From a virus (Duplodnaviria; Heunggongvirae; Uroviricota; Caudoviricetes), in the IMG/VR virus record IMGVR_UViG_2529292828_000009: 64,000 nucleotides of DNA; one strand, written 5' to 3'. Of this stretch, positions 41,142 through 50,899 are shown one piece after another (the first letter of the stretch is position 1; each line of letters opens with the position of its first letter). Made by a program: the position numbers and the translations under genes. The notes under the pieces are model-generated. The model did not search any database, had not been told where the DNA came from, and worked only from the letters and a program-made list of their open reading frames with translations.

Positions 41142-42859
41142 TTAATACAACACTACAGCTTGGTATTTTGAGGGGCGACCTTAAGGTTGGAGTAGTCTCA
41201 TCAATTTTTGCTCAAACAGTTAGAGCAAATTTAATCTATGCAGGGGAACTCAGCGGAACATATATAGAAGGTTGTAGATATGGAAAAGGAGAAGTTGGTG
41301 AAATATTATTAATAGAAGGACAACAATCTATTGTTCTTGGCCGTTTAATAGAGGTTAAATTACCAGAGCGAGATAGAGGTGAAATATCTGTCGGGTCTCA
41401 AGGAAACTTCAAAGTTGATGCTATCGGCATTATACAACTTCTTGGAACTATTGATCCTTCAAATTTTAGAATTGATTCAGGAATCAAATCATATCCTCGA
41501 TTAGGAGATCGAGTTTATTCTGCTCCCTTAGATTTTATTTCTTTAATACCAGAATTAATTAATAAAGGAATTAAAGATAACGAGGAAGAAAGAATAGGTA
41601 TTGTATTAGGCATTATATCTGGAGGGGCAACAAGTATAGTAACTGTTGAACCTGATAAACTCTTCGGTCGTCATTGTGCTATCTTAGGAGCTACAGGCGG
41701 TGGAAAAAGTTGGACAACTTCCAAGTTAATTGAAGAGTGTTCGAATTACGAAAACTCTAAAACTATAATAATTGATGCAACCAGTGAGTATAGATCGTTT
41801 AAATCTGATTATTGTTTACATTACCATTTAGGTGCCCCAATAAATAAAAACATAAATTCTTTAGAATTTAGAATTCCACCTACCGACTTTGTTGAGTCAG
41901 ACTTTATTGCCATGTTCGATCCTTCTGGAAAAGTACAGGGTCCTAAGCTAAAAGAAGCGATAAAAAGCCTTAGATTAGTAGCTTTAGAACCTAGAATAGC
42001 AACCGATGGTATTTTAAAAAAAATCAATCAACCTAAAACAGATTATCGACGCGCAATGAATACTGGAGACAACTCTAAACTTGTTGATAATCCATCACAA
42101 CCATTTGATATAACAAAACTTATAAAACAGATTGTACAAGAATGTTGTTACGATAATGGAGATAATACTTGGGGAAACGCTGCAACTCAAGACTTAAGCT
42201 ATTGCTCATCTTTGTTAACCAGAATTCAAGCAGTAACGTATGCCAACTCGTTAAGGTCTGTTTTTAATAGTAACGAGGATATATCCACACTAGGTGAAAT
42301 ATTAGAAACTTTTTTACAATCTGATAAACGAGTCCTAAGGTTATGCCTAAGTGATGTTAGCTATGAGTTTTATGCTAGAGAAATTTTAGCCAATGTAATC
42401 GGCAGAAAACTTTTAACTTTAGCTAGGCTTGAAAAATTCAGAACAAGACCGCTGTTAGTTATTGTTGATGAAGCCCATAACTTCCTTGGCAAACGGGTTG
42501 GTTCTGAAGATCATGCAATTAAACTTGACGCTTTTGAGATGATTGCAAAAGAAGGCAGGAAATATGGCCTTAATATATGCTTAACAACTCAAAGACCCAG
42601 AGATATCACTGAAGGTGTGCTTAGTCAAATTGGAACCTTATTGGTTCATCGCTTAACAAACGACCGAGATCGAGAAGTCGTTGAGCGTGCATGCGGTGAA
42701 ATTGATAAATCTGCAGCATCTTTTCTACCAAGTCTCAAACAAGGTGAAGTTGCTCTTGTAGGGGTTGACTTCCCTATTCCTATGACCATCCAGATAGATA
42801 AGCCAATATATCCACCAGAATCTGATTCTCCAGGCTATTGCAATATATGGAAAAAATAA
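41138..42859 (+). CDS. HerA-like FtsK/HerA-family ATPase
   Basis: Walker A AILGATGGGKSWT, Walker B LLVIVDEAHNF, TTQRP; 4-nt ATGA overlap with SIR2 gene. Confidence 0.8.
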   Translation: MINTTLQLGILRGDLKVGVVSSIFAQTVRANLIYAGELSGTYIEGCRYGKGEVGEILLIEGQQSIVLGRLIEVKLPERDRGEISVGSQGNFKVDAIGIIQLLGTIDPSNFRIDSGIKSYPRLGDRVYSAPLDFISLIPELINKGIKDNEEERIGIVLGIISGGATSIVTVEPDKLFGRHCAILGATGGGKSWTTSKLIEECSNYENSKTIIIDATSEYRSFKSDYCLHYHLGAPINKNINSLEFRIPPTDFVESDFIAMFDPSGKVQGPKLKEAIKSLRLVALEPRIATDGILKKINQPKTDYRRAMNTGDNSKLVDNPSQPFDITKLIKQIVQECCYDNGDNTWGNAATQDLSYCSSLLTRIQAVTYANSLRSVFNSNEDISTLGEILETFLQSDKRVLRLCLSDVSYEFYAREILANVIGRKLLTLARLEKFRTRPLLVIVDEAHNFLGKRVGSEDHAIKLDAFEMIAKEGRKYGLNICLTTQRPRDITEGVLSQIGTLLVHRLTNDRDREVVERACGEIDKSAASFLPSLKQGEVALVGVDFPIPMTIQIDKPIYPPESDSPGYCNIWKK

Positions 42860-42897
42860 TTAGTAGGGTCTTTGACCCTACTTTAAAATTTTTAAAG

Positions 42898-44169
42898 CTA
42901 GATAGTTTTTTTTGCAAAGTCGTAGGGGGTTATATATTCCTGAGTGTTAGCATCAAGATAATCGGCCCACCACTGAACCATTAAACGACGCTCATCCAAA
43001 TGCTCTGAAGTATGAATATAAGCAGCCCTAACGCTATTACGCTCAGAGTGGCTTAGCTGACGTTCTATCGCGTCATCACTCCACAACCCTGATTCGCCCA
43101 AAGCACCGCGCGCCATAGTTCTGAATCCATGCCCGCAAACTTCGGTTTTTGTGTCATACCCCATTGTGCGCAAAGCACTGTTAACCGTGTTTTCACTCAT
43201 AACTTTAGTTGCGTCATGATCTCCCGGAAACAGTAGCTCTTTATCACCACTAATCTGCTTAAGCTGCTCTAACAAAATCATCGCCTGCCGACTAAGCGGA
43301 ACGATATGCTCCTCTTTCATCTTCATCCCACGGTACGAGTAACGGACACCTTTAATTTCTTCTCGTTTTGCCGGTATACGCCAAAGAGATTTATCGAAGT
43401 CGAATTCATCCCAGCGAGCGAAACGCAACTCACTGGAACGCACAAAAGTTAGTAAGGAAAGCTCGACTGCAATCCGTGTCATTAAACGGCCACGATATGC
43501 AGCAAGACGTGCAAGAAACTCAGGGAAACGGTTAGAGGGTAAAGCTGGATAGTGTCGTGCTTTGGTTGTCGATAAAGCACCAGCCATATCACTGGCTGGG
43601 TTTGAGTCGATATAATCGTTCTGTACGGCATAACGCATAATAGCTGTAACACGCTGCTGAAGACGCTGCGCGACGTCATGCTTACCACTGGCATCAACTT
43701 TTTTAATCGGGGCTAACAGGTGGCTTGTTTTAAGCTGGCGGATATCGGACGATCCGATATGAGGGAAGATATAAAGCTCAAGATAGCGAAGAACGCGCGC
43801 TCTATGGTCTTCACTCCAGCGCTTGTTACTGGCATGCCATTCACGAGCGATCGTTTCGAAAGTATATGCCCCCGATTTCTCGGCCTGAGCCGCTTTCTGC
43901 TCGGCTTTTGGATCAATACCCTGCACTAATAATCTTTTAGCTTCATCACGTTTTGCCCTTGCCTGGGCAAGTGTCACAGTAGGCCAAACGCCAAAAGCGA
44001 GGCGATCCTCTTTTTTGTCTGAAGGGCGTCTGTATTTCATACGCCAGTATTTAGATCCCTTGGCCGAAACCTCAAGATACAAACCGCCACCATCGGCCAT
44101 TTTGTAGGTTTTGTCTTTTGGCTTTGCGGTCTCGACCAGTCTGGCGTTGAGCTTCATTTGGGGGCACAT
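42898..44169 (-). CDS. P4-family tyrosine integrase of the satellite island
   Basis: Homologous to the integrase at 62135-63385 (shared AVMRYAVQN, FVRSSELRFARW, VCGHGFR, RAAYIH); probable start MKLNARL at 44157. Confidence 0.85.
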   Translation of the reverse strand: MCPQMKLNARLVETAKPKDKTYKMADGGGLYLEVSAKGSKYWRMKYRRPSDKKEDRLAFGVWPTVTLAQARAKRDEAKRLLVQGIDPKAEQKAAQAEKSGAYTFETIAREWHASNKRWSEDHRARVLRYLELYIFPHIGSSDIRQLKTSHLLAPIKKVDASGKHDVAQRLQQRVTAIMRYAVQNDYIDSNPASDMAGALSTTKARHYPALPSNRFPEFLARLAAYRGRLMTRIAVELSLLTFVRSSELRFARWDEFDFDKSLWRIPAKREEIKGVRYSYRGMKMKEEHIVPLSRQAMILLEQLKQISGDKELLFPGDHDATKVMSENTVNSALRTMGYDTKTEVCGHGFRTMARGALGESGLWSDDAIERQLSHSERNSVRAAYIHTSEHLDERRLMVQWWADYLDANTQEYITPYDFAKKTI

Positions 44170-44320
44170 TTCTAATCGAAGTCAAGATGCCCCTAATTAT
44201 GCCCCCAATGGCATCCGGATTTCAACGGACAATCTCGGACGACTCCGGACATAAGAATCACTGTACTCATTGAATTATAAGGAACAATTGGACTTTCTCG
44301 GATGATCTTGGAAGTGCTAA

Positions 44321-44344
44321 TGGTGCCGAAGGCCGGACTCGAAC
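44321..44344. repeat. 24-bp direct repeat of the leuX 3-prime end (att junction between the two islands)
   Basis: TGGTGCCGAAGGCCGGACTCGAAC identical to 63575-63598. Confidence 0.85.
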
Positions 44345-44691
44345 ATCGCAACTATCCTTATGATCTTTAGTAATTAAAGCAATCTACATTGTCGATGATA
44401 CCATCATTGATACCATCAGACCCGATTGATGATAATCGAACAGTAATAAAATATGACTAAACAATTTATGCTTCAACATAAGATTGAATGCTTTGATCTA
44501 CCATTTTAATGCAGTGGAAAAATTTTTAACACAATACTTAAGAAAAATAATTTCATATAAAAACTACATTTCATTTCATATAGTTAACACACCAAAAACA
44601 ACTGTATATAAACCCAGTAAAAAATGGTAGAATCACTATTGTGTTCAATTGTTGAACATTTATAATACATTTGTCGGATAGGGGGGTGTTT

Positions 44692-45279
44692 ATGCAAAGG
44701 AACACATACAACAAAGTAGGTCTATACATCCTATCTTTAGCTATGCTTTTTGTTTTTATTATTATCCTGACTGCCAAAATCCCCTTTTGCTTCACTTCGG
44801 ATTGTAGCTTCATAGGTTTGAAGAGACTTGTATTAACAAATATTGTTCCTATTGTTTGCTTTGTATTTTTTCTATTTAGTATTTATTTTTATAATAGATT
44901 AAAAAACATAACAAAATACAATGGACAAGATAGCGTTAAAATAACATCATGTCAAAGCGAAAGCTATGAAAGTTTAACATTCTTAGCAACATACATTGTA
45001 CCTTTTATGGGGTTTAGTTTTGAAGACATGCAAAAGAATATAGCATATCTTTTGCTTGTAGTAGTAATAGGCATTATTTTTATTAAAACAGACAAGTATT
45101 ATGCGAATCCAACTTTAGCTCTGTTTGGCTTTAAACTATACAGGGTAAATATACTACACCCAGGAAGTGGAGAAACAAAAAATCTGATAGCTATTTCAAA
45201 TGATGTATTAAAAGTGGACGATAATGTTTATTATAGTTTCTTTGATGAATTTGTTTTTATAGCAAGGAAAAAAATATGA
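44692..45279 (+). CDS. Four-TM membrane protein, KwaA-like (Kiwa defence system component A)
   Basis: Four hydrophobic helices; ATG at 44692 after a G-rich RBS; 4-nt overlap with the downstream gene; call is by architecture only. Confidence 0.45.
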   Translation: MQRNTYNKVGLYILSLAMLFVFIIILTAKIPFCFTSDCSFIGLKRLVLTNIVPIVCFVFFLFSIYFYNRLKNITKYNGQDSVKITSCQSESYESLTFLATYIVPFMGFSFEDMQKNIAYLLLVVVIGIIFIKTDKYYANPTLALFGFKLYRVNILHPGSGETKNLIAISNDVLKVDDNVYYSFFDEFVFIARKKI

Positions 45280-46223
45280 CTACTCAGCAGTTAAAAGAAA
45301 AAATTTCAAAAATAATTGATAACTTTAGCGGAATCAGGGTTGTATTTACTACTACTGCTAATGAACTAAAGCTTTCCAGAATTGAAGGGAGTGCATTAAA
45401 TAGCATAGCTGAAGGGTTTATTGACAAAATCAAAGAAGACATTATAAATAATGAAGATCTCACCTCACCATTGCTGTCCAATTTTGATGATAGAAAAAAT
45501 GCCTTGTTTAAATTTGATTACGAACAATATCCTGAAGAATTTAACAAAATCACTCAGGCCATCGCTATCCCTCCTAACTCACAAGATTATTATAACCCTT
45601 TAAATAAATTCACAGATGTGAAAGGAATTATAATTTTAATAAGTGGAGATAACAAATGCCTGGCTCTTTATAAAAACAAAACTAACCTTGCAGTATTGAG
45701 AAATAGCAGAAAAATGTTTAATTTAGTCCCTGACCCTGATGGATACTTGAAACAACTCCCTAATGAGATATTACGGTTAGATTTCAATTATGATCTATTA
45801 TCAATTGGTGAGGATTTTTACATTAAAAATCACAAGACTCTTGAAACTCAAATGAAATTTCATCAAGTGATTGAAGCCCAGGCAGTTATTGCTTTAAATT
45901 CTTTACGGGATTCACTACTAATTGAAGACATATCAGGTTTAGAAAAGAGTTCGAGAGAAATTTCATTCGCTAGAAAGTTGGCAAAAATCTCCAAACATTC
46001 TCCTGTTTTGGGGAAAATAGATACTAAAACAATTATCGATTATGTATCCCAACATAAATATTTATCTGCAATACTTCAGATTAATGAAGCAGGAAATAAG
46101 TTATTAATTAAAACCAAGACATCACAGAAGCATTTCATTAAACTCATGAGCGATGATTATTTACAATCAGATCTAACTAAAATAATATACATGAGCATAG
46201 CAAAAGACAGATTAGATGAATAG
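45276..46223 (+). CDS. KwaB-like soluble protein (DUF4868-like, Kiwa component B)
   Basis: 315 aa, coupled to the upstream 4-TM protein; call by size and architecture. Confidence 0.45.
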   Translation: MTTQQLKEKISKIIDNFSGIRVVFTTTANELKLSRIEGSALNSIAEGFIDKIKEDIINNEDLTSPLLSNFDDRKNALFKFDYEQYPEEFNKITQAIAIPPNSQDYYNPLNKFTDVKGIIILISGDNKCLALYKNKTNLAVLRNSRKMFNLVPDPDGYLKQLPNEILRLDFNYDLLSIGEDFYIKNHKTLETQMKFHQVIEAQAVIALNSLRDSLLIEDISGLEKSSREISFARKLAKISKHSPVLGKIDTKTIIDYVSQHKYLSAILQINEAGNKLLIKTKTSQKHFIKLMSDDYLQSDLTKIIYMSIAKDRLDE

Positions 46224-46237
46224 AATTTTAAGTAGAA

Positions 46238-46278
46238 GTGACAAATATTATAAACCATTCTTGAAATATATTTGTCAC
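46238..46278. terminator. Bidirectional hairpin between convergent genes
   Basis: 11-bp perfect inverted repeat GTGACAAATAT (46238-46248) / ATATTTGTCAC (46268-46278). Confidence 0.5.
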
Positions 46279-46287
46279 TATTACTAA

Positions 46288-46959
46288 TCATTCGCGTGCT
46301 TGATTATTTATGCTGGATGTTCTAATTGTTGCCGAATGCCAATACCCACCACTATATGTTCTTGCTATAGTAATAAATCCAGTACAGGTAATTACTGTCA
46401 TTAAAATCAGGAAAATATAATAGAAATTAAGCGGAGCTTTCAAATCAAAAGGAGGTAACGAATACACCAGCAACCCTATCCATACAATAGTTATAAATAA
46501 ACTAATAATTTGGTTTATCTTAGATACTGATATTGGAGATGGACCAGTAAGTAAATGAACCGAAAACTCTTTTATTCCTTTCGGTTTTGCACGAGATAAC
46601 ACCACTTTATATAGTGGACCATTAATATTATCTTCTAACATATCGACATGTTTTTCCCAGTTTCCCTGCCAATATTTACTACCACGGTTAACACAGAGCC
46701 AACCGAATGAAAATACAATTCCCAGTGAACACAGTAATACGGATAAATCTGTCTTAGCTGTAGAAGAGGAAGTCTGTATAGCAACAAAACCAGCTAAAGT
46801 TGCCGCTATAAAAGTCCAGAAATAAGTTGCTCTTTTCCAGTAATGGTCTATCTCATATTTCCGTATATCTAAAGCCTGTAGCAGAGCATTCTTATTACAG
46901 TCTCTATCATTAAGAAAACGGCTACGATATTCCTCATCTGAAAATGGAGTAATTGGCAT
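46288..46959 (-). CDS. Orphan multi-TM membrane protein with a SLATT-like N-terminal arrangement
   Basis: Charged helix, then TM pair (YFWTFIAATLAGFVAI ... LSVLLCSLGIVFSFGWLCV), then two further C-terminal TM helices; no match recognised. Confidence 0.5.
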   Translation of the reverse strand: MPITPFSDEEYRSRFLNDRDCNKNALLQALDIRKYEIDHYWKRATYFWTFIAATLAGFVAIQTSSSTAKTDLSVLLCSLGIVFSFGWLCVNRGSKYWQGNWEKHVDMLEDNINGPLYKVVLSRAKPKGIKEFSVHLLTGPSPISVSKINQIISLFITIVWIGLLVYSLPPFDLKAPLNFYYIFLILMTVITCTGFITIARTYSGGYWHSATIRTSSINNQARE

Positions 46960-46985
46960 ATTGATTTACCTCTATTTATAATAGT

Positions 46986-47013
46986 AAAAGAGGGGTCCCC
47001 CCCCCTCTTTTTT
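46986..47013 (-). terminator. Rho-independent terminator at the 3-prime end of the RM gene
   Basis: AAAAGAGGGG (46986-46995) / CCCCTCTTTT (47002-47011) stem with flanking T-run. Confidence 0.55.
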
Positions 47014-50000
47014 AGTTATTTTTAAACAAAACCTTTACTATTCCATCTATATCCCTTAGGAAACTCTCGAAAGAGGATCTATTAGCCTTAGCTTCATGAG
47101 CCTTTTTTGAAAGTTCAGACAGCTCACGATGCTTTTTATTACCTTCATCATAAAGAGGAACATTAATTGGAGGTCTGATTTTAAAAGTTCTGCTATCACT
47201 GGACTTCAGAATGTACTCCCCAGTGATTGATGAGTTAAAAATAGCACAAATGTAATGTGCCTCATCCAGGGTAATAAATTTACCATCTTGCCTCTGAGAT
47301 ATACTCACAGCATGGTTCTGAAATAAAGGTCTCTTTTTGTCACCCCATGGAGTATCCATTTGACTCACAACTGCTGCTGCCCATTTAGTGTTATCACGAA
47401 AACAAACAAAATGATCACCATAAGTATATTCACCTACACGAGCCAATGCGTAAAATGCAGTAATATTGCTTTTACCTATGATTTTGTCATTGTATCGAGT
47501 CTGCGACTCTAATAACTGTTTATTATTAATGAAATAGTCAGCCAACATAGGGCTTTCTTTAACAAGCTCATCTACAGGTATCGGTTTACGACTCAATTCT
47601 CTATATGGAAAGGGTACGAAGAACTCAACATCTTTTACCCCAAAAGGTTCAATATTTGTTCCTTTAATCAGGGGGTATATATGCTTGGTTTCAGCAAAAA
47701 TCATTTGTTTTGCCACTTTATACTTAGACTTGCCACCCTGATAATTTTCAAAAATTGCAGTGTTGTTAGCTTTTTTTGTCTTAAATTTCCATAAGAATAA
47801 TTCTTGAGGGAAAAATTCAATCCCTTCCCTGCCATGATATTCGCAATATCCACTGATATTTCTGTAATCATTGAGTTTTTCGGAATCTGAAGCATATGTA
47901 AAGGCTGTATTGCTTACACTAACAGTGCCAGCGATCTCTTTACGGATAGAGAACTCATGCGAAATAGCATTAAAATGCGTATGCTGTGAGTAGCTATCAA
48001 GGCTTCTTCCGGTTTTATTTTTCGTCAAAAATGTTAAAGGTATCCCTTTTAAATAATCGACATTTTTTGACGAGAATAAATAAGTCGCAAACTTGATTGT
48101 AACAGGCTTGAATGGATGCCCGGATTCACTCCAGTCGTATACCTCTTGGAGATATAGTTTTTGGTTATCCCCAAAGTTAAACTCTCGAAATCCTTCATAT
48201 GTTTGCTGGAAAAGGATATTTTGAGGCATAAGGAATGCCAATATGCCATCTTTCTCTAACCAGTTTTCAGCAGATACATTAGAAATTAATGCACAAATGT
48301 TAAGGTTTATACCACCAGTAAGCCTATCACCAGAAAATAGGCTCCTACTTAAGCATAAGCCTTTAATTCGTTCTCGATATCCTGCAGGTAAATTTTTCCA
48401 GTCAATCCATGGTGGATTACCAACAACCATATTAAATTTGCCTAAGTTTGCAGTGGTCAAAAAATTAGTGACTATTCTAGCCCAAATTCCATTCCAGTCT
48501 CTTTCTTCTAGTTCGACAAACTTATCTGATAAAGTTTTTAATTTTTCATAAATGCTAGGAGAACTACTAATATCCCCACTTACTTCGATTAATTTTGCAA
48601 AAACACTATCACGATCTCGAAGTTTAATATATCGTTCAATATCAACAATTGCTTTTGAGAACTTATGAGAATCACTCAAAGCTTGAGTAGGCATCTCGAT
48701 ATAAATCGAGCCTTGCAAAGTATTTATTTCGTATCGCAAACAGTCAATGCCATCAATTATGACCTTTTCTGGAACATACGATGCGTCACCAAGATAAATT
48801 GGAATTTCAACTTCGCTACCTTCATCAAGCAAATGTGATATATTGATGAAATAGTTGATTCTTGCAGTTAAAGCTGCAAGAGGATTTAAATCAATACCTT
48901 TGACAGATGTTATGACATCTTTTAATTTAGCTTTGCTATCAGTATGAGTACGACTCAGAACTTTACCTATTAATGTAATTATAAAGGTTCCGCTACCACA
49001 ACATGGATCAATTGCAGTCCAGTTGTTCTTATTTACAACATGCTCTTCAGCAGAGGATATCAAATGCTCTGCAAGCCATTCAGGAGTGTAAAATTCTCCA
49101 AGAGAATGTCTTACTTTATCAGGAATAATGTTCATGTATAGATCTTTGAAAAGATCGTATACTTTTTCACCCTCTTTGAAAAGGTTTCCTTCCTCATATT
49201 CACTTAGTAATGAAAATATATTTTTAATACTAATGAATATATCATCTCCCCATTGTTCCTTAGTACAATACCAAGAGAAAAAGTCACCTTCCAGCAGGTT
49301 CAAAATCCCATACTTCCTGAAAATAGCACCTTCTTCTAATGTGTATAAATAGTTTCTCATTGATTCAGAGTTACTATTGATCATATCTGAAAAATTATAA
49401 TCATTTTCAAATACAAGTCCAGATAATGTTTTATAAGCTATTATTTTTACAATAATCGCATATGCAGTCTGGAGAGCATAAAGAACTTTATATTCATCAT
49501 CGTTAGTAAGTAACCTATGACCAGCAATATCTTCAAGTGATAACTTTCGTTCTAAAATTGCTGTTTGCTGAGATTTATCATCATGTGCAAGTCTAAATAG
49601 CTCCTTCCATTCGTTGAAGAGCATTTGAGAGCGGCCCGTCATGTTATTTTCAAGAGCCGAAAGAAGATTACCTATTAATTGAGTTGTTAAAGATGGAGAT
49701 CCATAGCAAAAATCATCAACGATGTTTTTTGGATGCAATGCCTTCTTATTCAAAAGAACTAAAAGCCCGCAAATTTTTTTAATTGCATTCTTATCAAGCG
49801 GTTGCAACTTTGATGTTAAAATGCCATCAGTATCACGAATAAGGTAATTAATACCGTCTGTTAGCACTCCAACATAGCGTTGATTCCCTTCTAACTTTAA
49901 AGAATCAAGGTAAGCCTGGATTTGAAGCACAGCCTTATTAATATCATTATCTTTTTTTAATTTCTCTCTATGCTTAAACTCTATTACTAAAGATCCAATA

Positions 50001-50290
50001 CGACTATCGATACGCCCCTTACTGTTGCTTCTGCCGGTCGTGTTGTATTTAATACCATCAATAAAAATTTCTTTTTCGGGACGGTAATCAATACCAATGA
50101 AATCTTTAATGAAAGGAATAAAAGCAAGGTCGAAACCAGAAACAACTTCTGCTTCATTTTTGGCTAAATATGAGGACTCATTAATTTTTTTAGATATAAT
50201 ATCAGCAGCTAAAAGAAAATCTGAGTCAGTAACAATCTTTTCTTGAGCTTTGAACTTAATTTTTTTTTGAATTTCTTCTAACACAGCCAT
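47012..50290 (-). CDS. Type IIG restriction-modification enzyme, MmeI-like (PD-ExK nuclease + N6-adenine methyltransferase + target recognition)
   Basis: N-terminal IDSRIGSLVIEFK (D...ExK), SAM motif DPCCGSGTF, catalytic VGNPPW; 1092 aa in one polypeptide. Confidence 0.65.
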   Translation of the reverse strand: MAVLEEIQKKIKFKAQEKIVTDSDFLLAADIISKKINESSYLAKNEAEVVSGFDLAFIPFIKDFIGIDYRPEKEIFIDGIKYNTTGRSNSKGRIDSRIGSLVIEFKHREKLKKDNDINKAVLQIQAYLDSLKLEGNQRYVGVLTDGINYLIRDTDGILTSKLQPLDKNAIKKICGLLVLLNKKALHPKNIVDDFCYGSPSLTTQLIGNLLSALENNMTGRSQMLFNEWKELFRLAHDDKSQQTAILERKLSLEDIAGHRLLTNDDEYKVLYALQTAYAIIVKIIAYKTLSGLVFENDYNFSDMINSNSESMRNYLYTLEEGAIFRKYGILNLLEGDFFSWYCTKEQWGDDIFISIKNIFSLLSEYEEGNLFKEGEKVYDLFKDLYMNIIPDKVRHSLGEFYTPEWLAEHLISSAEEHVVNKNNWTAIDPCCGSGTFIITLIGKVLSRTHTDSKAKLKDVITSVKGIDLNPLAALTARINYFINISHLLDEGSEVEIPIYLGDASYVPEKVIIDGIDCLRYEINTLQGSIYIEMPTQALSDSHKFSKAIVDIERYIKLRDRDSVFAKLIEVSGDISSSPSIYEKLKTLSDKFVELEERDWNGIWARIVTNFLTTANLGKFNMVVGNPPWIDWKNLPAGYRERIKGLCLSRSLFSGDRLTGGINLNICALISNVSAENWLEKDGILAFLMPQNILFQQTYEGFREFNFGDNQKLYLQEVYDWSESGHPFKPVTIKFATYLFSSKNVDYLKGIPLTFLTKNKTGRSLDSYSQHTHFNAISHEFSIRKEIAGTVSVSNTAFTYASDSEKLNDYRNISGYCEYHGREGIEFFPQELFLWKFKTKKANNTAIFENYQGGKSKYKVAKQMIFAETKHIYPLIKGTNIEPFGVKDVEFFVPFPYRELSRKPIPVDELVKESPMLADYFINNKQLLESQTRYNDKIIGKSNITAFYALARVGEYTYGDHFVCFRDNTKWAAAVVSQMDTPWGDKKRPLFQNHAVSISQRQDGKFITLDEAHYICAIFNSSITGEYILKSSDSRTFKIRPPINVPLYDEGNKKHRELSELSKKAHEAKANRSSFESFLRDIDGIVKVLFKNN

Positions 50291-50835
50291 CGTTACATCT
50301 CTATGTTACATAGCAAATTTCTTATAATTTTACCACATTTCAATAAATATTTCATCATGTTTGTTTGGTATTATCCATACACTTGAGAAAAGTTAATTTC
50401 ACAATTAAGCAAGGGCTAACTCTCCGAAGCTCCGCTTCTTATAGTTCCCCTTGATTTTCTTTCTTTCAGTCAGAAAATACAGACATTTCATCATGAAAAT
50501 TGATAATTTATTTTTAGTATTAAAGTATTATCTCACCTTATCGCCGAACCGATTTGAGATTTAGTGCAACTATAAGTATAGTTCCCCTGACAAATAGCTT
50601 TCTTATTTAAGTAACGGTTAAACGATAGGGCCTCACTACTGGTGCCAATCATGCCATACTCTCAAATGCTACCCCTGCAGACAGGGCTCTACTACCGTAA
50701 AGCTGGCATAAAGTATTATAGTTACCTCTCTTAAAAGGAATTTCTAACTCATGTACCAGATCTACATGAGTTCTACATCCCCCTGATGAACTTAGCAGTG
50801 ATAGCTAACCGATACTGAAGTGTACTGCTGAGTGA

Positions 50836-50887
50836 TTTGACAAATAGAAAATATTAAGCTATAACAGTTGTATCCTACAGGATACAA
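50836..50887 (+). promoter_or_regulatory. Sigma70-like promoter (TTGACA-17 bp-TATAAC) followed by a perfect palindromic operator
   Basis: TTGACA 50836-50841, TATAAC 50859-50864, palindrome GTTGTATCCTACAGGATACAAC 50866-50887. Confidence 0.55.
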
Positions 50888-50899
50888 CATGAGAGCATT

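Noticed and set aside
44171-44320. Possible small gene between the satellite integrase and the att repeat
   Set aside because: No ORF of meaningful length; the region carries integrase arm-type repeats instead.
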